Origin: an uncultured Candidatus Saccharibacteria bacterium | GTDB taxonomy: Bacteria > Patescibacteriota > WWE3 > UBA101185 > UBA10185 | NCBI GenBank assembly: GCA_964480825.1 | Contig: CAYZRJ010000003.1 | Coordinates: 1-33,954, forward strand | DNA length: 33,954 nucleotides | Direction: 5' to 3' | Shown here: one piece after another, positions 15,422 through 24,927 of the stretch | How positions within the stretch are numbered: the stretch's first letter is position 1 | How the letters are laid out: each line of letters opens with the position of its first letter | Notes under the pieces: generated by a model | Seen by the model: only the letters and a program-made list of their open reading frames with translations | What the model was told of the DNA's origin: nothing | Databases searched by the model: none | Made by a program: the position numbers and the translations under genes

Positions 15422-15462
15422 AAGTTATGAAAACAATAATTTCGTTAAGAATAAAGGGAGTA

Positions 15463-17253
15463 CTATCTAGTAGGAATAGACGGATCTTTATCGGGGGGCA
15501 GGTTATAAAATTTAACTAAATCGGTTGCAATATCCATCCACATGGGAGCCGCGGTCTCTGAGGCAAAAACACTGGCACTTGGTTCTTGAAGCTTAATGAT
15601 CATCGTAAATTTCTTGCTACCGACCAAAAAACCGACAAAACTGGCGTTTGTTTTATTGAGATCATATTTGCCGTCAATCGGTATTTGCGCGGTTCCTGTT
15701 TTTCCCGCCACTTTATAATTTTTTAATATGAAAAATTGGGCTTCTCCGCCTTCAGCGGCTTTTTGCAACATCCCAACCATTATGTCAGAAGTTTCTTTAG
15801 TAATTACGCGGCGAACTACTCTTGTCGGCATATCTATAAACTTACCGTTGTCCACGATTCTTGAAACAATTTTCGGTTGGAGCAAAAAGCCTCCGTTTGC
15901 CAAAACGTTGAACGCGTTTAACATCTGTAAAGGTGTAGCTGATATTCCCTGCCCAAATGAGATGTTTGCTAAATCAATGTCTGTCCAACTGTCATAATTT
16001 CTTAAAATACCGGAATCCTCTCCTTCAAGTTCAATGTTTGTACGAACACCTAAACCAAAATCCGAAAAATACTTGTAAATATTTTTACTGCCGACCTGAT
16101 GACCTACCCAAGCCGCGCCGATATTATTAGATTTTTGCAAAAGCTGAACAATATTTAACACTCCGTAGTGTTTTCCGTCCCAATTGTCTATCCACGCGCC
16201 CGAGTAATTTACCGGCCCGCCGTCCAAATAAGTCGTTTCTGCAGTTACTACTCCTAAATCAATCGCTGTCGCTACGGTTAACGGTTTTACTATAGAGCCC
16301 GGCTCGTAAGTTTCGGCAATAGCTACGTTTCTTCTTTCAATTGTTTTTCGTTGGTCATTAAATAACGAAGGTGAAAAGGTAGGATAATTCGCCATCGCAA
16401 TGACACTGCCCGTAAAAGGATCCATGATTATTACCGAACCGGATTTTGCATCGTATTTTTCGACTCCGGCTTTTAGTTTTTGTTCAACCATGTACTGAAC
16501 TGCTCTGTCTATTGTCAAATATATCGTACTGCCCTCAATCGCCTCGGTCTTTTTTGATCCGCCGATTAATATAGGGATTCCCCGAGCGTCAATTTCCTCT
16601 AATAAACGACCTTTTCGTCCGCGCAAATCTTCGTTAAAACTTCCTTCAATGCCAAAATAACCTTTGTTTTCTCCCTTATCATCGCTGGCTACAAATCCAA
16701 GGATATGCGCGGCCAAAGTATTTTCGGGATAAAATCTAATCGGTTCAACTTCAAAACCGATTCCGACAAGATTTAATTTAACAAGTTCATCTCTTTGTTC
16801 CGGACTTACCCGGCGTTCTAGCGATACCCATAATAAATCTTTGGATAATAATTCAAAATATTTTGCCCGAAGTTTTTCTTTTATCGCCTCTATACTTTCA
16901 GCGCTATCGCTGCTCTCTTGAACAAGTTCCCAATGTTTAATTTTTGAAAAATACTCAGCCAAATCGAGTGCGAGCTTTGAAGCGTCCTTAGTTTTTTGAG
17001 GGTCGCCGTAAAGTAAATAGTAACTCTGTGTACCTGCAAGCAAATGACTGTCTGACGTATAAATATCTCCGCGCATAGCAGGAATCTCATACTGCCCCCA
17101 ATGCTGATCATTTGCCGCAAATGCATATTTAGCATGCTCTATAACCTGAATTTGAAAAAGTCTCAAAACAACAATTCCAAACGCAAAGCAAAAAAATATT
17201 TTTATTACTTCGATGGCCACATCCCGCGGTGCTTTTTTTAGCCTGGAGTTCAT
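15463..17253 (-). CDS. ftsI: penicillin-binding protein 2/3-type transpeptidase (FtsI-like)
   Basis: N-terminal TM anchor. SxxK motif (GSIVKP), SxN motif (KSNN) and KTG motif (KTGTA). Positioned after rsmH-ftsL. Confidence 0.9.
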   Translation of the reverse strand: MNSRLKKAPRDVAIEVIKIFFCFAFGIVVLRLFQIQVIEHAKYAFAANDQHWGQYEIPAMRGDIYTSDSHLLAGTQSYYLLYGDPQKTKDASKLALDLAEYFSKIKHWELVQESSDSAESIEAIKEKLRAKYFELLSKDLLWVSLERRVSPEQRDELVKLNLVGIGFEVEPIRFYPENTLAAHILGFVASDDKGENKGYFGIEGSFNEDLRGRKGRLLEEIDARGIPILIGGSKKTEAIEGSTIYLTIDRAVQYMVEQKLKAGVEKYDAKSGSVIIMDPFTGSVIAMANYPTFSPSLFNDQRKTIERRNVAIAETYEPGSIVKPLTVATAIDLGVVTAETTYLDGGPVNYSGAWIDNWDGKHYGVLNIVQLLQKSNNIGAAWVGHQVGSKNIYKYFSDFGLGVRTNIELEGEDSGILRNYDSWTDIDLANISFGQGISATPLQMLNAFNVLANGGFLLQPKIVSRIVDNGKFIDMPTRVVRRVITKETSDIMVGMLQKAAEGGEAQFFILKNYKVAGKTGTAQIPIDGKYDLNKTNASFVGFLVGSKKFTMIIKLQEPSASVFASETAAPMWMDIATDLVKFYNLPPDKDPSIPTR

Positions 17254-17264
17254 ATTAAATTAAC

Positions 17265-17603
17265 TTACCTTGTAAGAGTGGTGAAAGCAAGAGGAGGTGA
17301 GATCGTTACATCCAGGGATAATAAAAACCCACTCATTGGCGCAAATCCCTGTTGTTTTGCTACTTCTTCTACATAAGCGATAGAAGAAATTTGTAAATCG
17401 TCGTATTTTAAGCGCGAAACTTGTTGTTGAAGATCCTGCTTGATTACAAATAAATCCTGCAACTCCACGTTTTTTGCGGCAGACTGTCCGGCAAAAAATA
17501 GCCGAGCTAAAAAGCTTATGACAAAAAGGGAAGCGGTTATAGTTAAAAGGGTTTTTTCGCGGCTGTTTACTTTATTGGCAGTTAGTATTTTTCTTTTTAC
17601 CAT
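17265..17603 (-). CDS. ftsL: FtsL-like small bitopic cell-division protein
   Basis: Single TM segment (LLTITASLFVISFLARLFF) followed by a short coiled-coil-like segment; conserved position between rsmH and ftsI. ATG 17603 sits 1 nt after the rsmH stop (TAAaATG). The ORF could extend to 17627. Confidence 0.6.
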   Translation of the reverse strand: MVKRKILTANKVNSREKTLLTITASLFVISFLARLFFAGQSAAKNVELQDLFVIKQDLQQQVSRLKYDDLQISSIAYVEEVAKQQGFAPMSGFLLSLDVTISPPLAFTTLTR

Positions 17604-17604
17604 T

Positions 17605-18492
17605 TTATTTCTCAAAAACTTTTTCAAAAACCCTTAGTTTTGCGCTACGTGCTCTCACGTTTTCTTTTATCTCGTCGTTCGAAGGTGTAAGCGGTTTTTT
17701 CGTAACGAACTTTATTGTGGACTGCGCGCTGTGGCCAAATTTCTTGACCAGCTCATCTTCTTTAGAATGGAAACTTATTACAACCATTCTTGATCCAGGC
17801 AGCAAAAGGCGCGCAGCCCGAGGCAATGACTCTGTCAGATTAACAAGCTCGTCGTTTACAGCGATTCTTAACGCCTGAAACGTTCTTGTTGCAGGATGTA
17901 TCCTGCCGTGCTCGTAACCTGAAGGAGATGCAGACGCTAGAATTTTAGCCAGCTGTTTAGACGTCTGAATCTTCTTCAAATTGCGATTTTCAATGATTGC
18001 TTTGGCAAACCTACGCGCTAATTTCTCGTCCGAGTAATCAAAAATGAGCTTTGTAAGTTGATCTTCGTTTAGAAACGCTATCAAATCCGCGGCGCTTACT
18101 CCCATTGTTGAGTCAAGCCGCATGTCCAAAGGTTCATCAGATAAAAAACTTAATCCTTTTTCATCTTTGTCCAACTGGGTCGAGCTATATCCAAGGTCAT
18201 ACACAATCCCATGAACTTTTGAAAAGCCGTTTTTCTGAGCAATCTCATCTATATTTTTAAAGTTCCCAAGTACACCGACAAAATTATCTTCAAGGTTAAG
18301 GTCTTTAATTCGCTGCGAGGCTCTTATTAAAGTTTTTTCATCGTAATCGATGCCTAAAACTTTTCCGCCATTTTGTAAAATACCCACACTGTGTCCCCCA
18401 TCACCTGTCGTTGTGTCAATGTATAAATTGTCTTTTTCTATATTTAAATGTGCAATTGTCTCTGCCAACATGACGGATTTGTGAAACGTCAT
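17605..18492 (-). CDS. rsmH: 16S rRNA (cytosine1402-N4)-methyltransferase RsmH (MraW)
   Basis: SAM-binding DTTTGDGGHS, DLGYSSTQLD, FHSKEDELVK. 4-nt ATGA overlap with mraZ. Confidence 0.93.
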   Translation of the reverse strand: MTFHKSVMLAETIAHLNIEKDNLYIDTTTGDGGHSVGILQNGGKVLGIDYDEKTLIRASQRIKDLNLEDNFVGVLGNFKNIDEIAQKNGFSKVHGIVYDLGYSSTQLDKDEKGLSFLSDEPLDMRLDSTMGVSAADLIAFLNEDQLTKLIFDYSDEKLARRFAKAIIENRNLKKIQTSKQLAKILASASPSGYEHGRIHPATRTFQALRIAVNDELVNLTESLPRAARLLLPGSRMVVISFHSKEDELVKKFGHSAQSTIKFVTKKPLTPSNDEIKENVRARSAKLRVFEKVFEK

Positions 18493-18893
18493 TTGGACAA
18501 TTCGGCAGAAATTTTATCCAAATGCGTCTGCCAAAAATCTAAATCCCAAATTTCGATGTGGTCACCTGCACCAATTACTGCGGTTTTTTTATCTATTCCC
18601 GCGTAGTCTTTAAGGTTATTTGGCAGTACTAAACGCCCCTGAGTGTCTATACCGGTTTCGGTAGCACTTGCGTACATGTAACGCTTAATATCCCTTGTTT
18701 TGAGGTCTGTGATGGGGCTTTCAACCTGCTTTTCGGCCTCTATTACCCAATCTTCTTTTGCGTAAACAAAGATACATTTTTCAAAACCTCTGGAGATGAT
18801 AACCTCATCTCCCGCTATTTGATCGCGAAGCTTCTTGGGCAATGCTATGCGTGACCCTTCGGTCATATTCGGCTGGTACTCGCCCAGAAACAT
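18489..18893 (-). CDS. mraZ: transcriptional regulator MraZ
   Basis: Two SpoVT/AbrB-like halves: MFLGEYQPNMTEGSRIALPKKLR and DTQGRLVLPNNLKDYAGI. Start is ATG 18893 (MFLGEY, compare E. coli MFRGAT); ATG 18899 is possible. Confidence 0.9.
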   Translation of the reverse strand: MFLGEYQPNMTEGSRIALPKKLRDQIAGDEVIISRGFEKCIFVYAKEDWVIEAEKQVESPITDLKTRDIKRYMYASATETGIDTQGRLVLPNNLKDYAGIDKKTAVIGAGDHIEIWDLDFWQTHLDKISAELSK

Positions 18894-18922
18894 TCTCATA
18901 TAGTTTTATCTTTATAGTGTTT

Positions 18923-18958
18923 CACCATTCGTCACCACTATGTATCCAATATCCACCA
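18923..18958 (-). promoter_or_regulatory. four direct TGGTG/TGGAT repeats with 10-11 bp phasing, candidate MraZ operator
   Basis: Minus strand: TGGTG (18958-18954) gatat TGGAT (18948-18944) acatag TGGTG (18937-18933) acgaa TGGTG (18927-18923). They lie between or over the candidate mraZ promoter elements. Confidence 0.55.
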
Positions 18959-18976
18959 TTAAATCTCCAGTGTCAA
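18948..18976 (-). promoter_or_regulatory. candidate dcw/mraZ promoter
   Basis: Minus strand: TTGACA (18976-18971), 17 nt, GATATT (18953-18948). A second -10-like TATAAA (18916-18911) lies 11-17 nt before the mraZ ATGs. Confidence 0.45.
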
Positions 18977-19005
18977 CACAAAAAATACCCGAAAGTTCGG
19001 GTATT
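18977..19005 (-). terminator. intrinsic terminator after glyQS
   Basis: Perfect 10-bp stem AAUACCCGAA / UUCGGGUAUU (19005-18996 / 18993-18984) with a 2-nt loop. On the minus strand the stem runs into UUUGUGUU. Confidence 0.75.
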
Positions 19006-19029
19006 ACCTAGATATCTGGATATTTTGCG

Positions 19030-20376
19030 CTATTTGATGGTTTTAATAAGATCGCTGATGTTTACGCGCATTTGTACCGCCGTATCGCGATTCCTAATGG
19101 TTACTGTATCGTCTTCGAGCGTTTGGTAATCAATTGTTATACAACTTGGAGTACCGATCTCATCTTGGGCATAATATCTTTTACCAATGTTTCCTCTGTC
19201 ATCCCAGGCAGTGTACAGGCCCGCTTTAACCAACATTTCGTAAACTTCCCGAGCTTTTGTGGTTATTTCTTCTTTGTTTCGTACTAACGGAAACACTGCA
19301 GCTTTAAACGGAGCAATTCGTTTGTCTAATTTTAGTATTACTCTATCGCCGTCTTCAACATAAGAATCAATTAATAAAACAAACAGTAAGCGCGATAATC
19401 CAATTGAGTACTCAACGACATGCGGGATGTAAGCTTCGTTAGTTTCTTCATCTTTGTAGGTAAAATCTGTGTTCGAAAACTCCCCATGTCTTTTTAAATC
19501 CCAGTCGCCTCGGTAGTGAATACCTTGAAATTCTTTCCAACCCCAAGGGAAATCGTATTCTAAATCGGTTGCAACTTTATTGTAGTGAGCTCTTTCTTTA
19601 AATTCTTGATCGCGTAATCTTATTTTATCTTTATTTATGCCCAGCCCCAGTAACCAATCAACCGTCCAGGTTTTAAACTTTTCAAATTGAGAGGTGGCCT
19701 CGTTTGGTCCTAAAAATACCTCTAATTCCATCTGCTCAAATTCACGGGTGCGGTAAAAAAACGGACCCACTTTAATTTCGTTTCTAAAAGCTTTACCGAT
19801 TTGAGCAATGCCAAAAGGCAGTTTCATTCTCATCGAGTCTTTAACTAATTTGTAATTGTAAAAAATCGGTTGACAGGTTTCACCTCGCAAATAAGCGGTA
19901 ACTTTTTCGTTTTCAAGAGTACCTACTTGAACTTCAACCAAGTTATTAAATCTTTTTGCTTTCGAAAATTTATTTCCATCCACACTTTTTATTTTATTTT
20001 TTGTGATTATTTCGTCAATTTCTTCCGGAGTTGATCCGTCAACATTTGTACCAATCGCTTCTTCTATAACGTGGTCTGCACGATATCTTTTGCGCGTAAC
20101 TAAATCCTCAATCATTACATCGGCAAATGACGCAACATGGCCGCTTGCTTCCCATACTCGGGGGTGCGAAATTATTGCTCCGTCTAGCCCAACTATATTG
20201 GTTTGGCGGTGAACAAATTCTTCCCACCATAGGTTTCGTAAGTTTTTGAGCATCTCCGCACCCAAAGGACCGAAATCGTAAGTTGCTTCCCAACCACCGT
20301 AAATCTCGGACGACGGAAAAACAAATCCCCGTCTTTTGCAAAGTGAAATTAGCTTTTGAATGTCTATATTTGCCAT
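19030..20376 (-). CDS. glyQS: glycine--tRNA ligase, homodimeric (GlyQS) type
   Basis: N-terminus LCKRRGFVFPSSEIYGGWEATYDFGPLG, class II core, C-terminal anticodon-binding domain; 448 aa. Confidence 0.93.
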   Translation of the reverse strand: MANIDIQKLISLCKRRGFVFPSSEIYGGWEATYDFGPLGAEMLKNLRNLWWEEFVHRQTNIVGLDGAIISHPRVWEASGHVASFADVMIEDLVTRKRYRADHVIEEAIGTNVDGSTPEEIDEIITKNKIKSVDGNKFSKAKRFNNLVEVQVGTLENEKVTAYLRGETCQPIFYNYKLVKDSMRMKLPFGIAQIGKAFRNEIKVGPFFYRTREFEQMELEVFLGPNEATSQFEKFKTWTVDWLLGLGINKDKIRLRDQEFKERAHYNKVATDLEYDFPWGWKEFQGIHYRGDWDLKRHGEFSNTDFTYKDEETNEAYIPHVVEYSIGLSRLLFVLLIDSYVEDGDRVILKLDKRIAPFKAAVFPLVRNKEEITTKAREVYEMLVKAGLYTAWDDRGNIGKRYYAQDEIGTPSCITIDYQTLEDDTVTIRNRDTAVQMRVNISDLIKTIK

Positions 20377-20393
20377 ACTTTATACAGTATATC

Positions 20394-21149
20394 TCACTCA
20401 ACGGATTTGACCAAAAAAGAATTAAGCTTGGGAAATCGCGCGTTGGCCTCAACCATATGCTTAAGATGCAACTTTAATATCTTGTCCACCTGTTTAACGT
20501 ATTTTTCTTCATACTCAAATATTTTTGCCAAATCTTTTTCGTATTTTAAATCGTAAAATAATTGTCCGGCTTTAATTTGTATCTCAACTCCACTGCCACT
20601 GCAGTTATTACAAATAAATCCGCCGTAATCTGAGTTAACTTTTACCGATTCCCAAGTTTTATCAAACTTGCGTTCACAAATTACACACTTATCAACCGTC
20701 AAACCAAATCCTAGTTTATCCAGCAGTCGGAACTCAAAAACATTTACAACAAGTTTGGCTTTACTCGGGTTTTTGGATAGTACTGTTAGTCCGGATTTTA
20801 ATAATGTAAAGATTTCTCCGGATTCGTGACCTGGTTCTAAAAAAATATCCACCAGTTCGCAAAAGTACATTCCTGCAAAAATAAAATCCAACGAATTTTT
20901 TAACTTAGAAAACGAGTTTATAACTTTAACCTCGTTTATTGAATAGTAGCCGCTTTTATCCTCGGTGAGGTTTAAAGATACTTGATTTAAAGTGTCCAGA
21001 CTTCCCGATCGTCTTGATGAAATCTTTCGCACGCCACGCGCAATTGCAGATGTCTTGCCTTTTTCTCGCGTGAGTAATGTATATATTCGATGCGAGTCTT
21101 TATAGTTTACGTTTTTAAGAACTATTGCCTCGATGTTAAAACGTTTCAT
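20394..21149 (-). CDS. recO: DNA repair protein RecO
   Basis: N-terminal OB fold (IEAIVLKNVNYKDSHRIYTLLTREKGK) and C-terminal Cys4 zinc motif (CVICERK ... CNNC). Start is ATG 21149; the listed 21152 is a TTG one codon upstream. Confidence 0.88.
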   Translation of the reverse strand: MKRFNIEAIVLKNVNYKDSHRIYTLLTREKGKTSAIARGVRKISSRRSGSLDTLNQVSLNLTEDKSGYYSINEVKVINSFSKLKNSLDFIFAGMYFCELVDIFLEPGHESGEIFTLLKSGLTVLSKNPSKAKLVVNVFEFRLLDKLGFGLTVDKCVICERKFDKTWESVKVNSDYGGFICNNCSGSGVEIQIKAGQLFYDLKYEKDLAKIFEYEEKYVKQVDKILKLHLKHMVEANARFPKLNSFLVKSVE

Positions 21150-21160
21150 CAAAACCGCAC

Positions 21161-23104
21161 TTACCTAAGTTTAAAGTTAACAACAGTGTCTTTATCAAGT
21201 AGTATCTCTTGTTTTTTACCTGCAACATCAACGATATGGATTTCAGAGTCTATGCCTGCCTGTTTTTGAATTGTAAGAGAGTAGTTATCTCCGTTTACTT
21301 TTCCTGCCGGTAAGTAATATTTAAACTTGAGAGTTTTTGTTTCTCCCGGTGCGAGCTCAACATAGCCGGTGAAGTAAGTTTTGTTTAACTCCTGATCACT
21401 TGTTGTACCGTCTTCCGAACCGTCAACTGAAATAAATTGTGATCCCAACGGCGCATAGACACGGACCCAGTCTCTAAATCTTGCGGCAAACGGTGCAAAT
21501 TCCTCGGCCGGTTGGGTGTAGGTGTAATCAATTTGAACCGTTCGCACCCACTTGTCACCTTCTTTAACTAATACGTGTGTAACTTTTTTAGCGGTAAACC
21601 AATTGGTTTTATCTCCGCCAAGATTTGTCGAAATAACGGTTGAATAATCCCCGGGGGTATCGGCAATTATGCGCCCGGCAAAGTTATACTTTTCGACCAA
21701 AGCTTGTCCTTCTGCATCAAAAAGATAAACCAAAACATGTTTTCTTAAGGCTAAGTTAACGCTCTTATCAATTATCTTTGACCAAAGGTTTTTATCTGAT
21801 TGAAATACATTGATTAACATTGCTTCCATCAAATCTCCCAATACTTTTTTTCGATTTACTTGTTCTTTAAGCGCCAGTGACGCTATTTTCTCAAGTTCTA
21901 AAACGACATTATCTTTTGTGTAAGTAACACCGCTAATAGTGACCGAACCGGTTACTTCTAACAACTCTTTTACGACATTAGTATTTATGGCAATAATTCC
22001 GTCCACCGCTTTGATTTCATAAGGATCCAGCCTGCTCGCCAGATTATAAAACTTTAAGAACTGATCCATTGAAGTGATAAAGTCGGGCGATGCGTTCATG
22101 TCACGCGCATACCAACGTTCGACTTTTAAATATCTTGCGTATGCCGCCGGAGGATCCGGAAAGTCATAGGTGGCGTCAATAATATCCAAGGTGCGGTCTA
22201 TGCTATACATGTCTTTAGAAGAAAAATCAGATTGAAGTAAAGCATCACGAATCTTAAAGGTTGCGTAGTTGGTCATAAAACCTCCGGTAGGCCGCAATTC
22301 TTTATCGTTTTGCATAATTATCATATATCGTTTTTCCGGAGTACCTATACCCAATATTCTTGGGAATATTGTTAAAGCTTGTTTAATGTCAGGACCATAA
22401 CTGCCGACGTTAGATAAAGCACCCTTTACAAATTCTAAATTTTCTCTCAAAGGGTAACCTGCTAGTTTTTCAGGATATTTAGCGGTGTTAATTTGTTCAA
22501 ATTCTTTTCCGACTTTTGCTACTTTTTCTATAACCCCGTCCATTTGTCCCGCCACTTGAGGCATTAGTCTTACCCAGGATTGAAAAGCTTCCATTAAACC
22601 TTGTTCTTGCGGCAACTCTTGGGTTTCAGAAACTTTTAAACCTGCCGCATCCGCGAACGGCCTAACAATTTTGTCTATCTCGCGTAATGCGTCGCTGGTA
22701 TAATATCCAGCGTTTGCAAAATGGTCAGAGTCAGAATAAAATTCGCTCAGCTTAAACATTTTTATGTTCTTTGTCCAACCAAATCTTCTGTCTCTTTCTT
22801 CAATCAATGACTTAAGATCTTTGTCAAATTTGGTGAGGCTTTTATCTAAAGCGACTAAATCCCGATCGCCCAAATCCTTTGCTATTTTGGCACCATCTTC
22901 TTTAACAATGTTTACCGAAGACATCAATGCAAGAGCCGGATTTATAAAAACAACATACGTAAAAATTCCCAGTGCCAACACAAACAATAAAACTACTAAA
23001 CCGGTTGGTCCTAGTTTTTTTATGTTCTTAAAATCAAACTTAGTAAAAACTTTTGCGATCTTTGGAGACGTCGAATCCGAATTCCAAAATTTTGAATTAT
23101 TCAT
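21161..23104 (-). CDS. DUF4012-domain membrane-anchored protein
   Basis: N-terminal TM (GLVVLLFVLALGIFTYVVFI), large extracytoplasmic domain, and the MQNDKELRPTGGFMTNYATF motif that I recognise as characteristic of DUF4012. Adjacent to glycan-synthesis genes. Confidence 0.7.
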   Translation of the reverse strand: MNNSKFWNSDSTSPKIAKVFTKFDFKNIKKLGPTGLVVLLFVLALGIFTYVVFINPALALMSSVNIVKEDGAKIAKDLGDRDLVALDKSLTKFDKDLKSLIEERDRRFGWTKNIKMFKLSEFYSDSDHFANAGYYTSDALREIDKIVRPFADAAGLKVSETQELPQEQGLMEAFQSWVRLMPQVAGQMDGVIEKVAKVGKEFEQINTAKYPEKLAGYPLRENLEFVKGALSNVGSYGPDIKQALTIFPRILGIGTPEKRYMIIMQNDKELRPTGGFMTNYATFKIRDALLQSDFSSKDMYSIDRTLDIIDATYDFPDPPAAYARYLKVERWYARDMNASPDFITSMDQFLKFYNLASRLDPYEIKAVDGIIAINTNVVKELLEVTGSVTISGVTYTKDNVVLELEKIASLALKEQVNRKKVLGDLMEAMLINVFQSDKNLWSKIIDKSVNLALRKHVLVYLFDAEGQALVEKYNFAGRIIADTPGDYSTVISTNLGGDKTNWFTAKKVTHVLVKEGDKWVRTVQIDYTYTQPAEEFAPFAARFRDWVRVYAPLGSQFISVDGSEDGTTSDQELNKTYFTGYVELAPGETKTLKFKYYLPAGKVNGDNYSLTIQKQAGIDSEIHIVDVAGKKQEILLDKDTVVNFKLR

Positions 23105-23147
23105 ATTTTTTCACTTCAACTCTGTGACACATGGCCACGAATAAATA

Positions 23148-23783
23148 CTAAAACGCCCCTTTACCGGACAGAACTGCAAAAGGTGTTTTTAAGATGATTA
23201 GTAAATCATACAGTACAGACTTCTTTTTTGCATATGAAGCATCGAGCTTGACTCTATCTAAAAATCCGACTGAAGATCTACCCTCAGTCTGCCAAACACC
23301 GGTTATACCCGGTTTTACTGTGAGAGCAATGTCTAAATACTGCTTTGCTTCCGGAAATCTTACGACCTGCTCCTTTAACTCGAAACCGTAATAAGCTCTG
23401 TAACCGACCAAACTCATGTTTCCTAAAAGTACGTTAAAAAACTGAGGCATTTCATCAATGCTAAACTTTCTCATAAATTCAGCCCCTCTTATCCATCGGG
23501 GGTCGGGATCCAGCTTATAACCGTTTTCTTGATATTTTTGGTAGAGCTCGGGGTGATTTTTTAGCCATTCTTGAGCGTGTGGAATCATGGATCTGAATTT
23601 GTACATAGGAAACTCTTTACCGTCTTTTCCAACTCTTTCTATGGCTTCAAGAAAAATGGGCCCGCCCGGCGAAACAAGTTTGATCCATACAGCAGTAGCA
23701 AGCATTAACGGAGAAAATAAAATTACTCCCACCAGCCCGCCTAAAATGTCCAACGCTCTTTTTGTAAATGAATAAAAGTTCAT
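23148..23783 (-). CDS. small monotopic phosphoglycosyl transferase (bacterial sugar transferase, PglC/WbaP-C type), priming enzyme
   Basis: KRALDILGGLVGVILFSPLMLATAVWIKL re-entrant helix, YKFRSM, DEMPQFFNVLLGNMSLVG; 211 aa. Confidence 0.9.
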   Translation of the reverse strand: MNFYSFTKRALDILGGLVGVILFSPLMLATAVWIKLVSPGGPIFLEAIERVGKDGKEFPMYKFRSMIPHAQEWLKNHPELYQKYQENGYKLDPDPRWIRGAEFMRKFSIDEMPQFFNVLLGNMSLVGYRAYYGFELKEQVVRFPEAKQYLDIALTVKPGITGVWQTEGRSSVGFLDRVKLDASYAKKKSVLYDLLIILKTPFAVLSGKGAF

Positions 23784-23798
23784 ATGCAGCGAGTTTCA

Positions 23799-24893
23799 TT
23801 ATACTATAGTCTCTTTATGTCTGTCATAGACAAAAGTTAGTAGCCTGTTTTTAAATATCTCAACACCGAATTGTTTAGCACGATCGATACAATCTTGTTG
23901 AGAAAATTTCGTAACGTCAAACTTTGAAAGTAGCTTCATTAAGCTCTCTGCAGTTTGTTCGTAAAAAAACTCTCCTGTAATACCTTCTTGAACGGTTTCT
24001 AAAACTCCTCCTGCTCCGTATGCAATAACCGGTTTGCCACACGCCATTGCCTCGACAGGAACTATTCCGAAATCCTCTGCTTGAGTTTGGATTAAAGCAG
24101 TACAGTTTTGCAAGATTTGCTTCTTCTCTGATTCTGCGTACCCCAAAAATTCAACGGTAGGTCCGGCGATTTTTTTAAGTCGCTGTGTAGCAGACCCTAC
24201 TCCAATTATTTTTAGCTTAATTCCAAGTTTAGTACATGCTACAACTGCGGTATCTACTCTTTTCCACGCCGCGAGTCGCGTAATTAAAACAAAATATCCG
24301 CCGTTTTGGCCAACGTCAAACTGACTGATGTTTGCAAACGGATAAATTACCGTAGATTTGCGACGATAGTATTTTGAGATCCGTCTTTGAGAATTTACAG
24401 AATTAGCAACTATGCAGTCTATTTTTTGGGAAGCTACATAATCGTTCGCGCGCAAATAAGCTAAAGGCCAAGCCAAAACGGATCTTAAAGATTTAAACTT
24501 TTCATTTGAAAAATAATCGTGCGGTTCCCAAAACATTCTTCCGGGTGAGTTCATATAACAAATGTGCAAACTTGTAGGTTTGCATACTACAAAATGCGCG
24601 TAACGGGATGAAACACTTAAAACTACATCGTATGCCGATAAATCAAATCGCTCAAAGGCTAAAATGTGTGCTAAAAACGGCGAGTAGTGTCGATTTAATT
24701 CTTGGGCAAAGGGAAGTCTTTGCATAAATGATGTTACCAACTTAACTCCACGTTTCTTGTAAAATTCTTTCCAAAATTCTGACGTCTGTGAAGTATAAAT
24801 TGGTGCGTTTGGCCAAATTTCTGATATGGCGGCTAAAACGTCTTCTTGCCCCCCACGCTGAATTAAATCATCGACAATAATAGCAATGTTCAT
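23799..24893 (-). CDS. glycosyltransferase, GT4 family (GT-B fold)
   Basis: EX7E-type region EDFGIVPVEAMACGKPVIA; 364 aa. Confidence 0.88.
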   Translation of the reverse strand: MNIAIIVDDLIQRGGQEDVLAAISEIWPNAPIYTSQTSEFWKEFYKKRGVKLVTSFMQRLPFAQELNRHYSPFLAHILAFERFDLSAYDVVLSVSSRYAHFVVCKPTSLHICYMNSPGRMFWEPHDYFSNEKFKSLRSVLAWPLAYLRANDYVASQKIDCIVANSVNSQRRISKYYRRKSTVIYPFANISQFDVGQNGGYFVLITRLAAWKRVDTAVVACTKLGIKLKIIGVGSATQRLKKIAGPTVEFLGYAESEKKQILQNCTALIQTQAEDFGIVPVEAMACGKPVIAYGAGGVLETVQEGITGEFFYEQTAESLMKLLSKFDVTKFSQQDCIDRAKQFGVEIFKNRLLTFVYDRHKETIV

Positions 24894-24927
24894 ATTTTTT
24901 TGAATAATACACTATAATGATACTGTA

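Noticed and set aside
18842-19129. 95-aa plus-strand ORF spanning the mraZ start, the intergenic region and the glyQS 3' end.
   Set aside because: It crosses a terminator hairpin and promoter elements of the minus-strand genes and overlaps two well-supported CDSs. It has no coding signal of its own.
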